Source of the DNA: Vicinamibacteria bacterium
GTDB lineage: Bacteria; Acidobacteriota; Vicinamibacteria; Marinacidobacterales; Marinacidobacteraceae
NCBI GenBank assembly: GCA_963555995.3
Contig: OY821641.1
Location: 3,732,716-3,796,715 of the forward strand
DNA: 64,000 bases
Reading direction: 5' to 3'
A model generated the notes under the pieces. The model had not been told where the DNA came from, made no database searches, and worked only from the letters and a program-made list of their open reading frames with translations. Positions within the stretch are counted from its first letter, which is position 1, and each line of letters begins with the position of its first letter. Shown piece after piece: positions 57,252 through 64,000 of the stretch. A program made the position numbers and the translations under genes.

Positions 57252-58679
57252 TCACGGCGGATTCCGTCGGGAATGAGCGTCGAGCTTCTGCTCGTGGAGA
57301 CACGGCCAGGACGGGGGTTCGGTCAAGAGAACGAGGATCGCGGTCGGACAACGGCGCCAGAGGTGCACGATGCGCCACAGGGAGGCCCGTCCGGGCGACA
57401 AGTGGCGCTGCATGGCCTCCATGTTCCGGTTCTGGAGGCCCTTTGGTTTCCCGATCCCGGTCAGGCGCCGCATGAGCAGCGACAGATTGAAGCCAGCGGT
57501 GTGGATCAGCAGACGTTTTCGAATGTTCCCACTGCCCCGCAACCACACCCGGCGCATCCCGCCGGTCTCGTAGCAGTGCGCGAAGGAACGCTCCGTCAGT
57601 TCGTGGCGCCGTCTTCGCAGCCGGGTGCCGCGATTTCCACGAACCCGCCGACGGTTGCCGTATGTCGCGCGACGCAGGGACTCTCGACCCCGCCAGCGAC
57701 GACGCCCGCGCTTCGGCTCCGCGATGTACGAACGGTAACCACGCTCCCGCGTCTGCTCGATCACCGCATCGCTGTGATACCCCTTGTCACACACCAAGGA
57801 CCGGGGCTTCCCCTCCTTCCGGCAAGCCGTTGGCTTCCCCGGCGTTTCAGCCTCCGCCGCCCCGGCCCCCACATGCTTCTCCGCTTCGTCCAGGGTCTGC
57901 GGCAGGGTCTTGGTGTCCCCGCGGTCCCCGGGTTGGACCGTCACCGCCGCGATCGCGCCACTCGCCAGGTCCACGGCGTGCTCCGCCTTGTACCCCATCC
58001 GCGTCCGGCCATCCTTCAGCCGACTGATGCGGGCCTCGGGGTCCACCGGATGCGCCCAGTCGCCGTTCGACAACCGCTTCTTCCGCGTCCGGTCGTAGCG
58101 CGCCAACTCCTCCAACGTCGGAGCCTCGATCCCCGACTCCTCCATCAACCTCCTCACATACTCCCGGTAGCCCTCCCCGCTGTCCCGTCGCACGATCTTC
58201 CGCATCGAGGCGTTCGCCATCAGCGTCGTCGTATCCACCCCCAGCGCATCCCCCCGCAGAAGCCCCGCTCGCTTCACCCGCTCCACAACCCAGCCGAACA
58301 CCTCCGCGTGCGTCTCCTCACTCACCCGACGGCGCGTCCGCGAAATCGTCGAATGATCCGGCCCGCTGTCCGCCGGCCCGTAACCCAGGAACCGCAACAG
58401 GCTGCGGGAGTCGTTCACCCGCCACGCGATCAATCGCTCCGAGTCCAGACCCTCGAAATACCCGATCAGAAGGCAGCGGAAATACCGCCCAGGCGCAAGC
58501 CCAGGACGACCGTCCGGCGCGTAGTGACGCTCACACCGCTCCTCCACATACTCGTCAAAGCGATCCCCCCCGAGAACCTTATTCAGACGCTCGTAAAACG
58601 GATCCCCCTTGCTCCGAGGCAGCGCCCCGGTCGCAATCCACAACCCTTGCCGCCGCGTCCCGCGACGTCCCATAGCCAT
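57252..58679 (-). CDS. DDE transposase (DUF772 N-terminus, IS1182-like)
   Basis: GRP, SER, PDHSTISR, VDTT, DKGYH and ERSFAH. Confidence 0.92.
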   Translation of the reverse strand: MAMGRRGTRRQGLWIATGALPRSKGDPFYERLNKVLGGDRFDEYVEERCERHYAPDGRPGLAPGRYFRCLLIGYFEGLDSERLIAWRVNDSRSLLRFLGYGPADSGPDHSTISRTRRRVSEETHAEVFGWVVERVKRAGLLRGDALGVDTTTLMANASMRKIVRRDSGEGYREYVRRLMEESGIEAPTLEELARYDRTRKKRLSNGDWAHPVDPEARISRLKDGRTRMGYKAEHAVDLASGAIAAVTVQPGDRGDTKTLPQTLDEAEKHVGAGAAEAETPGKPTACRKEGKPRSLVCDKGYHSDAVIEQTRERGYRSYIAEPKRGRRRWRGRESLRRATYGNRRRVRGNRGTRLRRRRHELTERSFAHCYETGGMRRVWLRGSGNIRKRLLIHTAGFNLSLLMRRLTGIGKPKGLQNRNMEAMQRHLSPGRASLWRIVHLWRRCPTAILVLLTEPPSWPCLHEQKLDAHSRRNPP

Positions 58680-58685
58680 GCGAAA

Positions 58686-58714
58686 ATTCTACGAAGCCCC
58701 GCCAGCGCACTCAA
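58686..58714 (-). promoter_or_regulatory. Transposase promoter, probably leaderless
   Basis: TTGAGT-17nt-TAGAAT-6nt-ATG. Confidence 0.65.
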
Positions 58715-59454
58715 TCCCGCCCAGCGGAGTTTCACCACAGGCTGTTACGACACGGGGGTGACCGTTCCCTCTTGGGTGGCGTCGGACGGAACGATGCGGT
58801 TCCTGGCATTGACCCTGCTCGGATACTTGCCTTCGTCCGGCATCTATCTGATCGAAGAACCGGAGAATGGATTGCATCCGTTCGCCCTTGATCCGGTGTA
58901 TGACGCGTTGTCGTCGGCGAGTGATTCGCAGGTCCTTTCCGCGACGCACTCACCGGCATTTCTCAAGCTTGCCGATCCGGAGGAGGCTCTCTGCTTTGCC
59001 AAGAACACGGAGGGCGCTACAGACATTGTCCGCGGTGATCGTCACCCCCACCTCCGCGATTGGCAGGGTAAGGCGGACATGCAACTTCTCTTCGCTACGG
59101 GTGTGATTGGCTGATGGAGGGAGCCGACGTCAGCGACTTGGTGGTCCTCGTCCCTGACGCGGACATTGAGCAAGCGATTCGGGGTCTCCTGTCCAGGTCC
59201 GACGGACTCGGGCTACGCACGATCCACTCGACTGTCACCCGTCATCCCGACCGGGACCCTGGCTGCCGCGCCCGGGCGGCGGAGTTTCTGCGTCCTTTCT
59301 TGAGGCGATTCCATTACGCGCTCGTTGTGTTCGACCGCGAAGGATCTGGCTCACCCGCTTCCCGAAGCGAAATCCAGACACTCGTGGAAGATCGCCTGTT
59401 CAGCAACGGATGGAAGGATCGCGCCAAGGCAATTGTGATTGAACCCGAACTAGA

Positions 59455-61415
59455 CGGAAGTTTCGGGCCTGATTTCGTGTAAGGCCCGTATTTTGAGTGA
59501 GTTGTGGGATTTGGGTGTTGTCGTGTAGTGGCTACATTCGGTGTGAGACGTGGAGTAGATCGAGGGAACGTTGCTGGACGGGGGTGGGGTTGGCGTAGAG
59601 GGTGAAGGTGGTTTCGGCGTCGTTGAGTTGCATGGTGTTTCGGGTGAGGGTGCCGAGATCGGCGAGGAGGGACCGGAAGGATTGGACGGGGAGGCCGTCG
59701 TGAGTGCGCTTGGTGGCGGCCTTCTTCTGGGCGGCGGGCGAGCGCTGGGCGGGCTGGACGACGGAGTCCCGGAGTGATTCGGCGGCTTCGGGGTGGTGGT
59801 CGTCGAAGAGGAGGGTTGCGAGGTCGTTTCGCATGTGCCACTCGACGTAGTAGGCGAGCATGCAGAGGAAGACGTGGGCGCGGACGCGGTCGGAGCGTCG
59901 GTGGTGGATCGGTCTGACCTTGAGGTCGACGGATTTGAGGGAGCGGAAGGCGCGCTCGACGCGGGAGAGGTTCTTGTAGGCGCGGACGGTTTGGGGGGCG
60001 TCGAGGCGCTCGGGCTCGACGTTGGAGCGGATGACGTAGAGGCCGTCGAGTTGTTCTTCGGTGGCGATCTGTTCGCAGAGCCGTTCGAAGGAGAAGGAGT
60101 CGTCGGTGATGTCGGTCTGGAAGTGCTTGGCGACCTTGTAGCGGTCGATGACCTTGCCGACGCGGACGCCGATGTGATCCTTTCCGCGGAGGGGGCGCCG
60201 TTCGCGTTGGGTGGCCGCCTGGATGGGTTCGAGAAGAGCTTCGGTGGCGCCGAGGAGTTCGTTGCGCTTACGGCGGCGCTCGGCGGCGAGGCGGGGGTTG
60301 CGGCAGACGATGAGGCGCTCGCCGGGGAAGTCGTCGGAGGTGACCTCGGCGAGATCCCGTTGGTCGAAGAGGGAGGGGTTCACGGTCCCGTCGGCGAGGA
60401 GTTTCTTGATGGTGGGGGCGCGGAGGGCGGTGATCCAGCGCAGCCCCTCGACACCGGCGAGGTCCTCGCGGATGCGGGCGGAGGTGAGCATGCCGCGATC
60501 GCCGACCAGGACGACGCGGGCGAGGCCGAAGCGGGTGCGGAGCTTTTGCACCTGGGAGGCGACGGTCCTGGGGTCGCTGGTCGAGCCCTCGAAGACCTCG
60601 ACGGCGATGGGGCAGCCCTCGGGGGAGCAGAGCAGTCCGAAGACGATCTGGAGCTTGTTCTTCTTTCCGTCGCGGGAGTAGCCGCGCTGTGCGAGGGGGC
60701 AGTGGGTTCCTTCCACGTAGGTGGAGGTGAGGTCGTAGAGGACGAGGGTGTTGTCTTCGAGGTGCCGGCGGGCGAGACGCTGTTCGATGCCGGGCTGGCG
60801 TCGGAGGAGCCAGTCCATGGCGTCGTAGAGCTCGTGCTGGTCGACGTCGCCGAGTTGGAGCATTTCTCCGAGGGAGGAGACGGCGGTTTGTGGGTTGAGG
60901 GCGCGTGCGGTGGCGAGCTTGGAGCGGGGGTCGATGACGCGGGCGACGATGAGGGCGACGGCGAGATCGCGGAGCCGGCTGGGGGCGCGGGCGATGAGGG
61001 AGTGGAGTCCGAGGCGTCGGAGGGATCCGAGGGTGGCGGCGACGTGTCCGTGGGGGAGGCTGCGCTGGCAGTCGAAGGCGTCGTCGGGTGCGACGAGGGT
61101 TTCGCCCTTGAGTCCTCTGCGGATGAGAGTGATGACCGGATCGGGCAGGTGGGAGAGGTTGCCGAGGGTCTGGTGTTTGACCTTCCCGTTTTCGCGGAAG
61201 GTTCGGCGCAGGAGGTGGGATCGGTAGGTCTTGCCCTTGTAGTGTCGTTGTGTTGTGGCTACGTGGACGGCGTATTTTCGCGGCGGCATACCTCGTAGCA
61301 TTAGGGACACGGCGACTCATGTCAAGTCATATTAGTGGCTGCATATTACATCCCGAAACACCCCTAACTCCATGACACTCGGTCGCTTGGCCCGATTCAG
61401 GGCCCGAAACTTCCG
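59455..61415 (-). mobile_element. IS1634-family insertion sequence, copy 2 (1961 bp)
   Basis: Same IRs and length as copy 1. 6-bp TSD ACTAGA at 59449-59454 and 61416-61421. Confidence 0.95.
59532..61310 (-). CDS. IS1634-family DDE transposase
   Basis: Translation is identical to 9139-10917. Confidence 0.95.
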   Translation of the reverse strand: MSLMLRGMPPRKYAVHVATTQRHYKGKTYRSHLLRRTFRENGKVKHQTLGNLSHLPDPVITLIRRGLKGETLVAPDDAFDCQRSLPHGHVAATLGSLRRLGLHSLIARAPSRLRDLAVALIVARVIDPRSKLATARALNPQTAVSSLGEMLQLGDVDQHELYDAMDWLLRRQPGIEQRLARRHLEDNTLVLYDLTSTYVEGTHCPLAQRGYSRDGKKNKLQIVFGLLCSPEGCPIAVEVFEGSTSDPRTVASQVQKLRTRFGLARVVLVGDRGMLTSARIREDLAGVEGLRWITALRAPTIKKLLADGTVNPSLFDQRDLAEVTSDDFPGERLIVCRNPRLAAERRRKRNELLGATEALLEPIQAATQRERRPLRGKDHIGVRVGKVIDRYKVAKHFQTDITDDSFSFERLCEQIATEEQLDGLYVIRSNVEPERLDAPQTVRAYKNLSRVERAFRSLKSVDLKVRPIHHRRSDRVRAHVFLCMLAYYVEWHMRNDLATLLFDDHHPEAAESLRDSVVQPAQRSPAAQKKAATKRTHDGLPVQSFRSLLADLGTLTRNTMQLNDAETTFTLYANPTPVQQRSLDLLHVSHRM

Positions 61416-61789
61416 ACTAGAAGCTTGGCTCTGGAATGGCTCCGCGGATGTTGCGGAAGAACTGGGATGGGGACGCGACTACTTGGGGCTTCGCCGATAC
61501 CTGCTGTCGAAGGACCTCTGGTCAGCAGCAACCCCCAAGCCGCCCGATCCGAAACGGGCCGTTCACGAAGCTTTGCGCGCGGCCCGCGTGCGTCGGCGGG
61601 CGCGGCGATCTCCTGCCAAGTTCCGGCGAATCGCCAACAGGATCACGCCGACAGTGCTTGGCAGTTGTCAGGATCCGGCCTTCGGCGAACTGGTCCAGAC
61701 GATGAGGGATTGGTTCCCTGCAATGCCTCGGTGATCCCCGGGGACTACGTAGAGCGGCTGGCGAACGCCACCACGAGTCGCCTCGCCGA

Positions 61790-62572
61790 CTACGCATCAT
61801 AAGCGGGATACATCCCCCGGATGACGCCTAGGATGTCCGGCGCCTCCCGCAGGATGTCCGTTTCGATGAACGCGACGAAGTCCGGCGGGATTCCGTGGAG
61901 GGCTTCCGCGACCGGGCCGGCGATGGCGGCCAGGGTGTCGGCGTCGCCGCCCAGGGAAACCGCGTTCCGTATCGCCGTTTCGAAGTCCGGCGCCTCGAGG
62001 GCGCACCCCAGCGCCTCGGGCACCGTGCGCTGGCAGGTCTCGTTGTACTCGTAGGTCTCGCGGATAGCGGCGACGCTTCGGGAGAGGTCGTAGCCGTAGG
62101 TCGCCGAAATCGCCTCCCGCACCGCCGCCGGAGACGCTCCCCGGAATGCCAGCCAGACGGCGTGGGTGGCCGCCCGCGCACCCTTCATCCCCTCCGGGTG
62201 GTCGTGGGTGATCTCCGTGACCCGGTCGGCGGCGGCGAGGGCGTCCGCCAGCGCGCGGTTCCGGTTCAGGAAGGCGGCGGGCGAGACCCGCATCGCCGCT
62301 CCGTTGCCATAGCTGCCGTACGGCGCCGGCGTCTCTTCCTGAATCCAGCAGCGGAAGCGGCCGCCCCAACGGCAATCCGGGTAGCGGCGGCACCACGCCT
62401 GCATCGTGGCCGCCGGGTCGTGCTCGTGCTGCAGGATGTCGGCGACGGCGGCGGTGCAGACGGTGTCGTCGGTGAAGTGGCAGCCGGGGCCGAAGAACGC
62501 GAACCGGGTGGAACGCTGGTTCCCGAACTCGAAGCGGGAGCCGACGTAGTCGCCGATGACGGCGCCGTACAT
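61790..62572 (-). CDS. ADP-ribosylglycohydrolase (DraG/ARH family)
   Basis: GAVIGD, FTDDT, SYGNGAAMR, THDHPE and GGDADTLA. Confidence 0.93.
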   Translation of the reverse strand: MYGAVIGDYVGSRFEFGNQRSTRFAFFGPGCHFTDDTVCTAAVADILQHEHDPAATMQAWCRRYPDCRWGGRFRCWIQEETPAPYGSYGNGAAMRVSPAAFLNRNRALADALAAADRVTEITHDHPEGMKGARAATHAVWLAFRGASPAAVREAISATYGYDLSRSVAAIRETYEYNETCQRTVPEALGCALEAPDFETAIRNAVSLGGDADTLAAIAGPVAEALHGIPPDFVAFIETDILREAPDILGVIRGMYPAYDA

Positions 62573-62581
62573 CGCCGAGCG

Positions 62582-63364
62582 TCAGCCCTTCAGGTAGATC
62601 CGGTCGGGGTCGAGTTCTTCCCGGAGCAGGCGGAGCATCGCTTCGTCGGGCACGTGGGTGGTTCCGAGCGGCGTGGTCACCCTGAGATCCCAGCCGGTCG
62701 CCTCCCGCACCTGCTCCAGCGTGACGCCGGGGTGGACCGATTCGAGCGTCATCTCCCGGGTCTCGGCGTCGAAGCCGTAGACGCCGAGATCGGTGATCAC
62801 CCGGGACGGCCCGCCGCCCGGTGCGCCCATCGCCGCGCGGCTCGCCCCGCCTTCGGCCCACCCGACCGTGGTGCGGAAGTCCAGCCGCTCCACGAACTTC
62901 CTCCGGTCCTGCCGCGCGATGACCACCGTCCGGCGCGCGTTCAGGGCGATGTCGGGAGCGCCCCCGGCGCCGGGAAGCCGCACCCGGGGACGGTCGTAGT
63001 CGCGCCCCACGACGGTCGTGTTGAGGTTTCCGTAACGATCAATCTGGGCGGCGCCGAGGAATCCGAGATCGGTCCGCCCCCCTTGCAGGAAGTAGAGGAA
63101 CGTCTCGGCCATCGGGAGGACCTGCGCCGCCCCGCTCACGAGGCACGGGTCGCCGATGGAGATCGGGAGCCGGACGGGGCGGGCCCCGAAGACGCCGGAC
63201 TCGTAGATGAGGTGACAGCGGGGCGCGTGGAGCCGGAGCGCGAGCTGCACCGCGAGGTTGGGAAGGCCGACGCCGACGAACACGGAGTCCCCGTCCCGCA
63301 CCTCGCGGCAGGCGGCGAACACCATGAGTTCCGCCCGCGTCGGGGCACCTGCTTCTCTCGTCAC
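62582..63364 (-). CDS. Family I CoA-transferase beta subunit (GctB/CatJ-like)
   Basis: FVGVGLP, IYESG (catalytic Glu), GAAQIDRYGNLN and LPGAGG. GTGA overlap with the alpha subunit. Confidence 0.9.
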   Translation of the reverse strand: MTREAGAPTRAELMVFAACREVRDGDSVFVGVGLPNLAVQLALRLHAPRCHLIYESGVFGARPVRLPISIGDPCLVSGAAQVLPMAETFLYFLQGGRTDLGFLGAAQIDRYGNLNTTVVGRDYDRPRVRLPGAGGAPDIALNARRTVVIARQDRRKFVERLDFRTTVGWAEGGASRAAMGAPGGGPSRVITDLGVYGFDAETREMTLESVHPGVTLEQVREATGWDLRVTTPLGTTHVPDEAMLRLLREELDPDRIYLKG

Positions 63365-64000
63365 CGGTAGTCCCCGTAGTCCACCGGACCGGCGAGGCGT
63401 TGCCCGGGACGGAGGCGGCGGAGGGTGTCCTCGCCGAGCCGCTCGCGGTAGGCCGCCCGATCCGGGATGCCGTGGACCCATTCGTCCAGGTATCGCTCGA
63501 GTTCCCCCGAGTCCCGGGTGATCCGGTCCCAGGCCACGTAGGCGGCGTTGTCGCGGTCGTAGTAGCCCTGGGCGAAGCTCGGGTGCGCACTCCAGGGCTC
63601 CTCGACGACCGCGTCCACCACCACCGACGGAATCGCGGTGCGGTTCGGGTCGGCGCGCACCACCTCCTCCGGCACGACCTCCTCCACCACCACGATCACC
63701 CGGCGGGAGGCGAAGGCCGCCTCGCGCTGGGCGCCGACGAGACCCCAAATCTGGGTGTTGCCCTCGGCGTCGGCGCGCTGCGCGTTCAGGATGGCGACGT
63801 CGGGATGGAGCGCCGAGACGGCGTCCAGGGTCTCGCCGGTGAAGGGGCAGGTGACCTGCTTCAGGTTCGGATTGACCGCCGGGAGGTCGGTCCCCCGGTA
63901 GCCGCGCAGCGGGAAGAAGGGCAGTCCCGACGCGGCGGCCTGGTACCGGCAGAGCAGGCCGAAGTGGGAGTACTCCTCGATCCCGAGCGGCACCGGGTAG
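63361..64000 (-). CDS. Family I CoA-transferase alpha subunit (GctA/CatI-like), 5' truncated
   Basis: EEYSH, AAASGLPF, AQRADAEGN, VVVEEVV and GYYDRD. Confidence 0.9.
   Translation of the reverse strand, partial: YPVPLGIEEYSHFGLLCRYQAAASGLPFFPLRGYRGTDLPAVNPNLKQVTCPFTGETLDAVSALHPDVAILNAQRADAEGNTQIWGLVGAQREAAFASRRVIVVVEEVVPEEVVRADPNRTAIPSVVVDAVVEEPWSAHPSFAQGYYDRDNAAYVAWDRITRDSGELERYLDEWVHGIPDRAAYRERLGEDTLRRLRPGQRLAGPVDYGDYR

Larger units (their letters stand above)
57230..58744 (-). mobile_element. IS1182-like (IS5-related) insertion sequence (1515 bp)
   Basis: Terminal IR CAGCCTGTGGTGAAA at both ends. 4-bp TSD TTAC at 57226-57229 and 58745-58748. Confidence 0.93.
56330..59114 (+). pseudogene. 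AAA_21/ABC-type ATPase (MADS mad3-like), interrupted by IS1182-like element; 421 aa when rejoined
   Basis: Walker A VGPNASGKS before the IS. ASDGTMRF signature, Walker B/D-loop LIEEPENGLHP and H-loop ATHSP after it. Removing the IS and one TTAC restores LRY|DTG in frame. Confidence 0.9.
59114..61734 (+). pseudogene. TOPRIM-like partner protein (MADS mad4-like), interrupted by IS1634; 217 aa when rejoined
   Basis: TGATG coupling to the ATPase. DLVVLVPD, HPDRDPGC, VVFDREG. IEPEL|EAWLW is restored on removing the IS and one TSD. Confidence 0.85.

Noticed and set aside
57273-59114. 613-aa ORF as a real gene
   Set aside because: It is a chimera of the IS antisense frame and the 3' part of the interrupted ATPase.

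Overview
High-GC bacterial chromosome segment. The gene set and style suggest Acidobacteriota, possibly a host-associated lineage, but this is inference only. The housekeeping backbone carries purF-purL-purQ-purS-purB, purE-purD, rpsU, rlmN, pta, rpiA, polA, an Opu/ProU-type ABC transporter, many peptidases (M24, S9, M16, M20), ggt, a GH20 hexosaminidase, a TonB receptor and a CoA-transferase. There are two accessory regions. The first (~7.3-14.7 kb) holds a metzincin lipoprotein, a desaturase relic split by IS1634, and a 1095-aa GHKL-ATPase/PD-(D/E)xK-nuclease candidate defence protein. The second (56.3-61.7 kb) holds an AAA-ATPase plus TOPRIM-like gene pair resembling MADS mad3/mad4, each gene knocked out by a different IS. 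Four intact IS elements have visible target duplications: two IS1634 copies with identical transposases, one IS21 inserted inside a REP, and one IS1182-like element. Two structured MITEs carry the ends of the IS1182-like element. A dispersed REP family shows compensatory stem changes. Two genes are followed by a REP and then a diverged copy of their own 3' end. Several toxin-antitoxin modules or relics are present, along with leaderless-type promoters. No rRNA, tRNA, CRISPR array or reverse transcriptase was seen. All family assignments come from motif recognition, not database searches.
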